Shown: positions 51,781 to 60,486 of the stretch, one piece after another
Position numbering within the stretch: position 1 is the stretch's first letter
Layout: the number at the start of each line of letters is the position of its first letter
Source: Christensenella sp.
GTDB lineage: Bacteria > Bacillota > Clostridia > Christensenellales > CAG-138
Assembly: GCA_034927595.1 (NCBI GenBank)
Contig: JAYFPQ010000017.1
Location: 34,224 to 98,223 of the forward strand
DNA: 64,000 bases
Direction: 5' to 3'
Notes under the pieces: generated by a model
What the model saw: only the letters and a program-made list of their open reading frames with translations
Told to the model about the DNA's origin: nothing
Database searches by the model: none
Program-made: the position numbers and the translations under genes

Positions 51781-51810
51781 TTGGGAGGAGTCTAACTAGG
51801 CTCCTCCCAA
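51781..51810 (+). promoter_or_regulatory. intercistronic 10-bp stem-loop after the binding-protein gene
   Basis: TTGGGAGGAG-(10 nt)-CTCCTCCCAA, perfect arms, no U-tract. Confidence 0.65.
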
Positions 51811-51836
51811 GAAATGGATTGGATGGAGACAAGTCA

Positions 51837-53327
51837 ATGGAAAGTAATGTGTTGGAGATCAAGGGGCTGGTCAAGGATTATCCGGGCGTACGCGCGGTGA
51901 ACGAAGTCAGCTTCGAGATCAAGCGAAATGTGGTGCACTGCCTGGTTGGCGAAAACGGGGCGGGCAAATCCACGTTGATTAAGATACTCACTGGCGCCTG
52001 CGAGCGGACCTGCGGCGAAATCACGCTCAACGGCGCGGACTATTGCGCGAGAAACCCGAAGGAAGCAAGAGAAAAGGGAATCAGCACGCTGTTTCAGGAG
52101 CTGAACGTCGTCGACCAATTGACGGTGGAAGAGAACCTGACCCTCGGCATCGAAGACACGATTTGCGGGTTTCTGCGTAAGACGGACAAGATCAAGAAGA
52201 TCATTGCCGTCCTAAAGGATCTGGAACCCAGCATCAACCCCAAGGAGCGGGTTTCCCGACTCAGCGTTGCCAAGAAGCAGATCATTGAAATTGCCAAGGC
52301 GGTTGCGGCGGAGACGGATATCATCATCATGGACGAACCGACGGCGGCGCTCTCGGAATCGGAAATCAACCGACTGTTTACGATTATAAAACGACTGCGC
52401 GATAAAGGCGTTACCGTTATCTATATATCCCATCGACTGGATGAGATTTTTACACTGGGGGATTACGTCACCGTCATGCGAGATGGCAAGCACGTTGCGA
52501 CCAAGCCGATTGCAGAGGTGAAGGATCGCTCGGAGCTGGTGCAGCTCATGATTGGCAAAACCGTCATCGAGGCATATACGCCAAAGGAGAAACCGGCGGA
52601 AGAACTGCTGCTCGAGCTCAAGGACGTTTGCAACCATAAACTGCGCAATGTTTCGCTCCGGGTCAACCGCGGCGAGATCGTCGGGTTCTACGGCCTGATT
52701 GGCGCCGGCAAAACCGAGCTTGCCCGCGCGATCTACGGCGCGGATGAGTACTCCGGCGAAATCCGGCTCAATGGCGAAAAACTCGGCAAATCGCCGGAGA
52801 AGACCATCCGCGCGGGCATAGCGCTGGTTCCGGAAGAGCGCCGGACGCAAGGGCTCTTTACGCTCTTAACCATCAAACAGAACATCTCCGCGATGAACCT
52901 GACGCGCATCTCGAAGCTCGGCATGATCAATGCCATGCAGGAGCGCAACACCGCGAAGGATTACATTGCCAAGCTCAATATCAAAACGGACTCCATGGAC
53001 AAGGAGACCTCGAAGCTTTCCGGCGGAAATCAGCAAAAGGTCGTCTTCTCCAAGTGCCTGTTTGCCAACGCCGACCTGCTGATTCTGGACGAACCCACGC
53101 GCGGAATCGACGTTGGCGCCAAGGCGGAAATCTACGCGATTGTTCGCGGCCTTGTGGAACAAGGAAAAACCATCCTGTTCTTTTCGTCTGAACTACCTGA
53201 GATCCTCAACTCCTGTGATCGGATATTCCTGCTGTATGAGGGTGAAATCAAAGCAGAACTTCAGAACGGAATTGATATTAACAGCCAGGATATCATTCAC
53301 ATCGTTACGGGAGGAACTGCATCGTGA
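51837..53327 (+). CDS. sugar ABC transporter ATP-binding protein (duplicated ABC domains)
   Basis: Track ORF is 51819..53327 (TTG). The ATG at 51837 gives MESNVLEIKGL. GENGAGKSTL, LSVAKKQIIEIAKA, IIMDEPTAAL, LSGGNQQKV, LILDEPTRGID. Confidence 0.9.
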   Translation: MESNVLEIKGLVKDYPGVRAVNEVSFEIKRNVVHCLVGENGAGKSTLIKILTGACERTCGEITLNGADYCARNPKEAREKGISTLFQELNVVDQLTVEENLTLGIEDTICGFLRKTDKIKKIIAVLKDLEPSINPKERVSRLSVAKKQIIEIAKAVAAETDIIIMDEPTAALSESEINRLFTIIKRLRDKGVTVIYISHRLDEIFTLGDYVTVMRDGKHVATKPIAEVKDRSELVQLMIGKTVIEAYTPKEKPAEELLLELKDVCNHKLRNVSLRVNRGEIVGFYGLIGAGKTELARAIYGADEYSGEIRLNGEKLGKSPEKTIRAGIALVPEERRTQGLFTLLTIKQNISAMNLTRISKLGMINAMQERNTAKDYIAKLNIKTDSMDKETSKLSGGNQQKVVFSKCLFANADLLILDEPTRGIDVGAKAEIYAIVRGLVEQGKTILFFSSELPEILNSCDRIFLLYEGEIKAELQNGIDINSQDIIHIVTGGTAS

Positions 53328-54346
53328 GCAAACAATTAGAGGGAAAGAATCTGTCGCTCGCAGGCAAGATCAGCAACGAGTCCTACCTCAACCGTGTGAT
53401 GTTTCTGGTACTGATCGCGCTGTTTGGCATTGCGAGTCTGACGATTGGAAATTACTTTTCTACGGCGACGGCGCTGAACCTGATTGCCAACAACTGGTAC
53501 ATCGTGATCCTCGGCGTTGGAGTCACGTTCCTGCTCGTGTCCGGGCATCTGGATATGTCCGTCGGCGGCATCGTCGCGATGGCGGGCGTGCTCTCCGCGT
53601 ATTTTTGCCAGCCGGCAAACGAAGGCTTTTCCGAGTTGGGACAGGGCCTCGGCCTGCCATATGGGGTTGCGGTTGTCCTGACGCTGGTCTGTTGCCTCGG
53701 AATTGGCGCACTCAACGCGCTGTTCATCGCGAAGATGCGCGTGGCGTCGATCATCGTGACGCTGGGAACCATGTCGATTGCGCGCGGCATCGGCCAAGTG
53801 GCTGCCCTCGGCGCGCAGCGCAGCGCGGGCATGCCGGACATCTTTGGTGTCATCGGCAACGTGCCGCTCTTCGGGCCAATCAAGATTGCCGCGGCCATTG
53901 CCGCAATCCTCGTGGTCATTGCGCTCTACATTGAGAAGAACACGACCTTCGGACGCAGGACCTACCTCATCGGCGCAAATCGCGAAGCTGCGCGGCTCTC
54001 CGGCATCAAGGTGGAACGGCACATCGCGCTCTTGTACCTGCTCAGCTCTTTGCTCGCGGGTATTACGGGAATTCTGCTCGCCTCCGAAATGAAGGCCGGC
54101 ATCTCCACGCGCGGTACCGGGTTTGAGTTCAGCGCGCTGGTGGTTACGCTGCTTGGCGGCGCGAGCATCGACGGCGGCGTCGGCTCCGTGCTGGGCATGG
54201 TGATTGGCGCCATGATTCTGGGCGTCGTCTCCTCGGCGGCGTACAGCATGCTGCTGCGTCCGGAATGGCAGTTCATTCTGAAAGCGACGGTAACGTTCCT
54301 GGCAATCATTGCGCAGCGCTACCTGCTGGATCGAAGAAGCAGATAG
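53324..54346 (+). CDS. sugar ABC transporter permease
   Basis: 340 aa RbsC-like polytopic protein. ATGA-type overlap with the ATPase gene. Confidence 0.85.
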   Translation: MSKQLEGKNLSLAGKISNESYLNRVMFLVLIALFGIASLTIGNYFSTATALNLIANNWYIVILGVGVTFLLVSGHLDMSVGGIVAMAGVLSAYFCQPANEGFSELGQGLGLPYGVAVVLTLVCCLGIGALNALFIAKMRVASIIVTLGTMSIARGIGQVAALGAQRSAGMPDIFGVIGNVPLFGPIKIAAAIAAILVVIALYIEKNTTFGRRTYLIGANREAARLSGIKVERHIALLYLLSSLLAGITGILLASEMKAGISTRGTGFEFSALVVTLLGGASIDGGVGSVLGMVIGAMILGVVSSAAYSMLLRPEWQFILKATVTFLAIIAQRYLLDRRSR

Positions 54347-54385
54347 CGGGCGGGATTGAACGGACGAGTTGAAAGGATAAAAACT

Positions 54386-55402
54386 ATGTCGGCTAATTGC
54401 AATACGACAAATCTTCGAGGCGTAAAAGCCAAGAGATTGATCAAACAAATATATGTCTACGTGATTCTGGCAATCGTGGTTGCCGTACTGAGCTTGCTCA
54501 AGGGTGACCTGTTCCAGCGAGGGAACTTCCTGTTTCCGCCGAACATTGCAAACCTCTTGCGTATGTCGGCCCCGATTCTGATGATCAGCAGCGCGTTTAC
54601 GCTGATTTTCATCACCGGCAACATGGATCTTTCCGTGGGCAGCATCCTGAGTCTGACGACCGTGGTCAACGCGATCCTGCTGCTCAACGGGTTCTCGTTT
54701 CTTACCGCGATGGTCATCGTTCTTGCTCTTGGTGTCGTGCTCGGCTTCGTCAACGGCTTTCTCGTGATGAAACTGCGCATTACTCCCGTCATCGCAACGC
54801 TGATCACGATGAACGCCTATCAGGGACTGGCGCGTTATCTGGTTCCGCCGGGAATCTCGTCTATCACGAATACGGACACGCTGACCATGCCGGAATGGAT
54901 GGGGCATTTCGCAAAAGGACAGGTGTTTCTGGGGCTTTCGTGGGCGTTTATCGTGGCGATTGCGCTGTTGATCGGTCTCGTGATTCTGCAGCGGTGTACG
55001 GTCTTTGGAAAATACCTCGTCGCGGCGGGTGGAAACCGCACCGCGGCGGAACTCTCCGGCATCAACGTGGTCAAGGTGGTCTGGGGCGTATACATTCTGC
55101 TCGGCGCGGTCTCCGCATTGGCGGGCGTTGCGCGGGCAAGCTACCTGCTCATTGGCGAGCCGTACACCGGCACTGGCGCGGAAACGGAGGCGATCATCGC
55201 CTGCCTGCTGGGCGGAACGGTGTTCTCCGGCGGCGAGGGTTCCGTGGTGAAATCGTTCGTCGGCGCGCTGATCATCGTTTGCCTGACGTTCGGACTTAAG
55301 TCCGTCATACCGGAGTACTGGCAAATGCTGGCCAAGGGCGCGGTGCTCGTGTTCGCGGTGGTGCTCAACCACCTGCTCTCCAAGGAGACCGCCGTCGCGT
55401 AA
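54386..55402 (+). CDS. sugar ABC transporter permease (second subunit)
   Basis: Track ORF is 54356..55402 (TTG). The ATG at 54386 follows GAAAGGA. RbsC-like. Confidence 0.85.
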   Translation: MSANCNTTNLRGVKAKRLIKQIYVYVILAIVVAVLSLLKGDLFQRGNFLFPPNIANLLRMSAPILMISSAFTLIFITGNMDLSVGSILSLTTVVNAILLLNGFSFLTAMVIVLALGVVLGFVNGFLVMKLRITPVIATLITMNAYQGLARYLVPPGISSITNTDTLTMPEWMGHFAKGQVFLGLSWAFIVAIALLIGLVILQRCTVFGKYLVAAGGNRTAAELSGINVVKVVWGVYILLGAVSALAGVARASYLLIGEPYTGTGAETEAIIACLLGGTVFSGGEGSVVKSFVGALIIVCLTFGLKSVIPEYWQMLAKGAVLVFAVVLNHLLSKETAVA

Positions 55403-55465
55403 GGACGAATACCGATTTAATTAATCTGAAACTGATCTGAATGGATTTGATCTGGGGGAACTAGT

Positions 55466-56107
55466 ATGTACGAACAGGATAAGCGTGAGATCATTCACGC
55501 GGCAATGGAGATTAAGAATTACGGGCTCATTGCGCTCTCCGGCGGCAACGTCAGCGTCCGCAAGGAGAACGGCGATGTGATTGTTACGCCTTCCGGCACG
55601 GCTTATGAGACGATGAAGGAAGACGACCTGATTGTGTTCAACGCCAAGGGCGAGCGAATCGAAGGTACGCTGCGTGAGTCCGTCGATACGGTGGCGCTGC
55701 AGTATATTTTCAACGAACTGCCGGAGGTCAACGCGATCATCCATACGCATCAGCCGTACGCAACGGCGGTCGGTCTGATTGGGGACACGTTTCCCGCCGC
55801 GCTGACCACGCTGGCAAACGTGACGCTGGGCGCGATCAACGTCGCTCCCTATTGCTCGGCGGCGAGCCTGGACATGGGCGTGCAGAGCGTGAAGTACCTT
55901 GGCGGAAAACGCGCCGTCATCCTCAAGCACCACGGCGTCATCGCCGTTGGCGGCAACCTGAAGGAAGCGCTCTATGCCGCAATATATATGGAAGAAGCTG
56001 CCAAGGCGTACCTTGCGGCGAAGGCCGCGGGCGACGTCGCCATCATGACCGACGAACAGACCCGGGACGCGGTGGAGATCCACAGAACCTACGGGCAGGG
56101 GCATTAA
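55466..56107 (+). CDS. class II aldolase/adducin fold, L-ribulose-5-phosphate 4-epimerase-like (AraD/SgbE/UlaF family)
   Basis: 213 aa. ALSGGNVSVR, VIVTPSG, HTHQPYATAV, ILKHHGVIAVG. Confidence 0.8.
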   Translation: MYEQDKREIIHAAMEIKNYGLIALSGGNVSVRKENGDVIVTPSGTAYETMKEDDLIVFNAKGERIEGTLRESVDTVALQYIFNELPEVNAIIHTHQPYATAVGLIGDTFPAALTTLANVTLGAINVAPYCSAASLDMGVQSVKYLGGKRAVILKHHGVIAVGGNLKEALYAAIYMEEAAKAYLAAKAAGDVAIMTDEQTRDAVEIHRTYGQGH

Positions 56108-56164
56108 CCATCGCGGCGGAACACGCCAAGTTTGGTCCGGATACGATACGTTGGAGGCAGGCAG

Positions 56165-57013
56165 TTGAACAACAAGCAGGACAACCTAATTGGACTCTAC
56201 GAAAAGGCGCTGCCAAAGCAGCTGAGCTGGGAAGAACGGCTCTCCACGGCGAAAGACGCGGGCTATGATTTCATGGAAATCAGCATCGACGAGACGGATG
56301 GACGGATTGCGCGCCTTTCCTGGAACAAGCAGGAACGCACGAAGCTGATGGAGACGATTCACCGGCTGAATATGCCGATCTTGACCATGTGCCTCAGCGG
56401 CAACCGGCGATACCCCATTGGCAGCGAGGACGAAAAGACCCGCCAAAACGGGCTTCAATTGATTCGAAACGCAATCGACTTTGCTCTTGACTGTGGAATC
56501 CGCGTGATTCAGCTCGCGGGCTACGACGAATACGCAAACCCGAGCACGGAAGCTACGATTCGGAATTTTCACGATTCCCTCGCGCTCAGCGCGCGCTATG
56601 CGCAGGAGAAAGCGGTCATGCTCGCGCTGGAGACGATGGAAAACGACCTCATGGACTCCATCACAAAGGCCAAGGCGTTTGTCGATTCCATTCAGTCTCC
56701 CTGGCTCAAGATTTATCCCGATCTGGGCAATCTCTACGCAACGGGGCAGGACGTAGAGAGTGAGTTCCGGCTCGGCATGCAGGACATCGTTTCGATTCAC
56801 CTGAAGGACACGCTGCCCGGCATCGTTCGGGAGATTCCGTTCGGAAGCGGCAACGTCGATTTCGTTTCGTTCTTTCGGCTCATGGAGCAGGAGCACTACA
56901 GCGGCCTCTACGTGGCCGAAATGTGGACGGACGAAACACAGGAGTCCATCCGCGCCGCGAAGGATGCGCGCAAGTTCCTCGCGGACAAGCTCGCGCAGGC
57001 AAGGCAACGTTGA
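56165..57013 (+). CDS. L-xylulose-5-phosphate/L-ribulose-5-phosphate 3-epimerase-like (UlaE/SgbU family, TIM barrel)
   Basis: Track ORF is 56132..57013. A TTG at 56165 lies 7 nt after GGAGG. IGLYEKALPKQLSWEERLSTAKDAGYDFMEISIDETDGRIARLSWNKQER parallels E. coli UlaE/SgbU as I recall it. Confidence 0.8.
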   Translation: MNNKQDNLIGLYEKALPKQLSWEERLSTAKDAGYDFMEISIDETDGRIARLSWNKQERTKLMETIHRLNMPILTMCLSGNRRYPIGSEDEKTRQNGLQLIRNAIDFALDCGIRVIQLAGYDEYANPSTEATIRNFHDSLALSARYAQEKAVMLALETMENDLMDSITKAKAFVDSIQSPWLKIYPDLGNLYATGQDVESEFRLGMQDIVSIHLKDTLPGIVREIPFGSGNVDFVSFFRLMEQEHYSGLYVAEMWTDETQESIRAAKDARKFLADKLAQARQR

Positions 57014-57049
57014 CCGCGCAAAGATAGAAACCGATCACAGGAGGACAAG

Positions 57050-57559
57050 ATGCGAAAGACGGGAATCAAGCGCCTGACCAAGGATAACTTTGAACCATAC
57101 GGCTCCTTTGCGAGCATTCTGGAACCGACCGGCGAGAGCTTTGGCGAGGCACCGGTGGTGTTCTATCGGGATATGGTGCAGCAGAGTCTTGGCTTTGCAA
57201 CGAGCGCTTCCTACTCGACCTGCGTGGTCGAGCAGCGCCCGTGGGTCATTACGAATTCGGAAGTGCACGATTACTGCCACGAGACCATACTCTGCCTCGA
57301 TGGCGATTATCTGATGCACGTTGCCCCGGCGACGTTTGACAAGCAGATTCCGGCGGACAAAATCGAAGTGTTCCTGATTCCGAAAGGAACGCTGGTGAAC
57401 GTGAAAGCGGGTGTCTGGCATCAGGCGGGGTTCCCCTATCAGTGCGAACGCGTGCACATTCTCTGCGTGCTGCCGGAGCGCACCTACGCGCGGGACTGCT
57501 ACTGCTTCGATCTTTCCAAGAAGGATCAAATTGAGGTTTCGCCGGAGTTTATCGAGTAA
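57050..57559 (+). CDS. cupin-fold protein of the ureidoglycolate-lyase (AllA)/DUF4867-like family, function unknown here
   Basis: 169 aa. LTKDNFEPYGSFASILEP ..., EVHDYCHETILCLDGDYLMHVAP ... and GVWHQAGFP echo the AllA pattern (F..YG, ERHP....F.P, G.WHH). Confidence 0.5.
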   Translation: MRKTGIKRLTKDNFEPYGSFASILEPTGESFGEAPVVFYRDMVQQSLGFATSASYSTCVVEQRPWVITNSEVHDYCHETILCLDGDYLMHVAPATFDKQIPADKIEVFLIPKGTLVNVKAGVWHQAGFPYQCERVHILCVLPERTYARDCYCFDLSKKDQIEVSPEFIE

Positions 57560-57562
57560 CAC

Positions 57563-57666
57563 ATTCCGGCATTAACGGGTTTCGGCGGCAACTCTCGCCG
57601 GAATTGATTTGTTCGAATGTTCCATGTATGATGACAGTAGGCGGTGTCTTTGGCGAACGCGTTCGC
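57563..57666 (+). promoter_or_regulatory. structured intercistronic region (hairpin + perfect 14-bp palindrome)
   Basis: ATTCCGGC (57563..57570) pairs with GCCGGAAT (57597..57604). The perfect palindrome GCGAACGCGTTCGC is at 57653..57666. GGCAA-GA-TTGCC lies further on. Confidence 0.5.
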
Positions 57667-57741
57667 TTGTTTCGTCGTACGGCAAGATTGCCAAAGGTCG
57701 CGAGCAAACTTGGAATGTCTCGCTGTTTGGGAGGGGAATGG

Positions 57742-59274
57742 ATGCGTCGGACCTATCTATTGGGGCTGGACAACGGCGGCACGGTGACGAAAGCCGCTTT
57801 ATATGGAACGGACGGCGCGGAGATTGCGGTTGCCAGCGCGCGGGTGAAACCGATTATGGAAAAGGTCGGCTTTGTGGAGCGCGATATGGACGAGCTCTGG
57901 GCGGCAAACGCAAAGGCCATTCGGGACGTGATTCAAAAATCGAATGTAAATCCAAAGGATATTCTGGGCGTTGCGGTATCCGGACACGGCTGCGGCGCTT
58001 ATTTTGTAGACGAAAACGGCCACCCGGCGGCAAACGGCATTATCTCGACCGACACGCGCGCGAAGGATTACGTGGAGCGCTGGAACGCGGACGGCACCTA
58101 CGAAACGCTGCTGCCGATGACCATGCAGATCATCTGGGCGGGGCAAACGCCGTCCATCGTTGCCTGGCATCGGGACGAGAAGCCGGAGGTGCTCCGGCGC
58201 GCAAAGTGGGTGCTTTCCTGCAAGGACTATATCCGCTTTTGCCTGACGGGGGAGGCCTATCGCGAGCTGACGGATGTTTCCGTTGCCAACACCATCAACC
58301 TCAACACGATTGATTATGACGACGCGATCTTTGACGCGTTTGGACTACAGGAATACAAGCACCTGTTTGCGCCGCTTCGAAAGTGCACAGACGTCTGCGG
58401 AACGGTCACGGAGAAAGCTGCGCGGGAAACCGGGCTGGTCGAAGGTACACCCGTTGCGGGCGGGCTCTGCGACGTTGCGGCCTGCTGCATCGGCACGGGC
58501 GTGACCACGCCGGAAAAGATGTGCATGGTCGCGGGCACCTGGAGCATCAACGAGTTCATCTCCGACAAACCGATTTGCTCAAAGGAGCTGTTCCAGTCCG
58601 CGCTGTATTGCATGGACGACTACTGGATGATTCTCGAAAACAGCATGACCTCCGCCAGCAACCTCGAATGGTTTATTCAGAACCTGATGACGGAGGAAAA
58701 GGCGCGCGCGGAGCAGTCCGGCGCCAGCGTGTTTCAAACGGCGGACGCGATGGTCGCGTCCATTGCGCCGGAGGATTGCCCGGTGCTCTTTCTGCCGTTT
58801 CTGTTTGGCACAAACGTCAACGCGGATGCGAAGGCCTGCTTCCTTGGCATCAGCGGGCTGCACACAAAGGCACATTTGATTCGCGCGGTCTACGAGGGCG
58901 TTGTGTTTTCGCACCGCACGCATATGGAAAACCTCCTGCGCTTTCGCGACCGGCCGACGAGCATTCGCATCTCCGGCGGCGCGGCGCGCTCGCGCGACTG
59001 GATTCAGATCTTCGCGGATGCGTTTCAGATTCCGATTGAAGTTTCCGCCGCGTCGGAGCTCGGTGCGATGGGCGCCGCCATGTGCGCGGGCATTGCCGCG
59101 GGCGAGTTTGGAGATTTCCAGAGCGCAGTGGATACGTTTTCCAAGGTGAGCTATACCTGCCTGCCGAATCCGGATAAGGAGAAAATCTACGACGACAAGT
59201 TCCGACTCTATCAAAAACTGAGCCGACAGTTGGATGAAACGTGGAAAGACTGGGAAGATATTTTTAATAGTTGA
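57742..59274 (+). CDS. FGGY-family carbohydrate kinase (L-xylulose/ribulose kinase-like)
   Basis: Track ORF is 57604..59274. The ATG at 57742 follows GGGAGGGGAA and gives MRRTYLLGLDNGGTVTKAALY. C-terminal FGGY motif IRISGGAARSRDWIQIFADAF. Confidence 0.85.
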   Translation: MRRTYLLGLDNGGTVTKAALYGTDGAEIAVASARVKPIMEKVGFVERDMDELWAANAKAIRDVIQKSNVNPKDILGVAVSGHGCGAYFVDENGHPAANGIISTDTRAKDYVERWNADGTYETLLPMTMQIIWAGQTPSIVAWHRDEKPEVLRRAKWVLSCKDYIRFCLTGEAYRELTDVSVANTINLNTIDYDDAIFDAFGLQEYKHLFAPLRKCTDVCGTVTEKAARETGLVEGTPVAGGLCDVAACCIGTGVTTPEKMCMVAGTWSINEFISDKPICSKELFQSALYCMDDYWMILENSMTSASNLEWFIQNLMTEEKARAEQSGASVFQTADAMVASIAPEDCPVLFLPFLFGTNVNADAKACFLGISGLHTKAHLIRAVYEGVVFSHRTHMENLLRFRDRPTSIRISGGAARSRDWIQIFADAFQIPIEVSAASELGAMGAAMCAGIAAGEFGDFQSAVDTFSKVSYTCLPNPDKEKIYDDKFRLYQKLSRQLDETWKDWEDIFNS

Positions 59275-59275
59275 T

Positions 59276-59303
59276 AAAGCAATGATAAATCATCATTTGC
59301 TTT
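59276..59303 (+). terminator. weak AT-rich hairpin after the kinase gene
   Basis: AAAGCAATGAT-AAATC-ATCATTTGCTTT with one bulge. The U-tract is short. Confidence 0.35.
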
Positions 59304-59425
59304 AAAATAGCAGAAAAGCATACGATAAATACTCCCCGACACCTGTAGAGCATGAAAACCGTTTTCAAACACGGCGAATTATGGTACGATATCTCATTAT
59401 TGAATCTTGCGGATGAGGGTGCCGA

Positions 59426-60379
59426 ATGGAATCTCGATATGACATGCAAATGATGGTACATGTTGCGAAGATGTACTACATGGAAGGGCTCACGCAGCAG
59501 AGCATTGCGAAGGAGCTTGGTATCTCCCGGTCCTATATCTCCATGATTCTGTCCGAAGCCAGAGAACTGGGCATTGTCGAAATCAACATCAAAAACCCGC
59601 TCGCAAGCAACGAAGAACTGGCCGGCGAGCTTTCGAGCGCCTTTGGAATCTCCAACTGCTACGTGACCCCGACCGTGGTCACCGCGCTGACGCCGTTGAC
59701 CAAAATTCTCGCCGCGCAGGGCGCAATCGTTGCCGAAAAGCTCATCGAAAACCACTCGACGGTCGGCGTTGCCTGGGGCATGACCTGCTACGAGTTCATG
59801 AAGGCATTTTCAAACGATTCCGGCCTGTTCGACGTCAACGTGGTTCCGCTCATCGGCGGGTCGCACCACCTTTCGTCGGAGTATCAGCTCAACGAGATGG
59901 TTCGCCTGTTTGCGGAGAAACTACGCGGAACGCCGTCGTTTATCTATGCGCCCGCGCTGGCGGAGTCCATTGAGGACAAGGCGCTGCACCTCAAGAGCCA
60001 ATACATGCAGTCCATCGCGGAAAAATGGCGTAAGATCGACGTTGCAATCGTCGGCGTCGGCTCCCCGCCGGAGTATTACAGCGACAAGAGCCAGTTTGAT
60101 CCCGTTGCAATGCGGCAGTCCTACGAGAGCAATCCGGAGAAGACGGTCGGGGACATTGGCGCCCGCCGCTTCAACATTCAGGGGGAGTTCCTCAAGAACG
60201 ACTACAACGACCGCATCATGGGCATCGACGAGGAAGGCCTCAAGAGCGCGAAAAACGTGCTGAGCATTGCGGCTGGACACCACAAGGTGCTCTCGATCAT
60301 CGGCGCGCTTCGCCTGAACATCATTACGCACTTTGTGACGGACGAGAACACGGCAAAGACGATTCTCTCGCTCGTATAA
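59426..60379 (+). CDS. SorC/DeoR(Bsu)-family sugar-binding transcriptional regulator
   Basis: 317 aa. N-terminal HTH: VAKMYYMEGLTQQSIAKELGISRSYISMILSEARELGIVEI. A C-terminal sugar-phosphate-binding domain follows. Confidence 0.85.
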   Translation: MESRYDMQMMVHVAKMYYMEGLTQQSIAKELGISRSYISMILSEARELGIVEINIKNPLASNEELAGELSSAFGISNCYVTPTVVTALTPLTKILAAQGAIVAEKLIENHSTVGVAWGMTCYEFMKAFSNDSGLFDVNVVPLIGGSHHLSSEYQLNEMVRLFAEKLRGTPSFIYAPALAESIEDKALHLKSQYMQSIAEKWRKIDVAIVGVGSPPEYYSDKSQFDPVAMRQSYESNPEKTVGDIGARRFNIQGEFLKNDYNDRIMGIDEEGLKSAKNVLSIAAGHHKVLSIIGALRLNIITHFVTDENTAKTILSLV

Positions 60380-60435
60380 CCGAATTTCAACGAAGCCTCC
60401 CATTTTAACTCCACACGAATTTATAGCGTAGAACA

Positions 60436-60471
60436 AAAGAACAGAACCGCGGGGTAACCCGCGGTTCTTTG
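60436..60471. terminator. bidirectional terminator between the convergent SorC genes
   Basis: AGAACCGCGGG-GTAA-CCCGCGGTTCT, a perfect 11-bp stem flanked by AAAAGA and TTTG. Confidence 0.75.
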
Positions 60472-60486
60472 CGTTGTGATCGCTCT

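Noticed and set aside
57653-57666. Linking GCGAACGCGTTCGC to the fab-region palindrome GTTCGTAGNGCGAAC.
   Set aside because: The half-sites are in the opposite arrangement (CGAAC..GTTCG versus GTTCG..CGAAC) with different spacing. There is no functional link between the loci.
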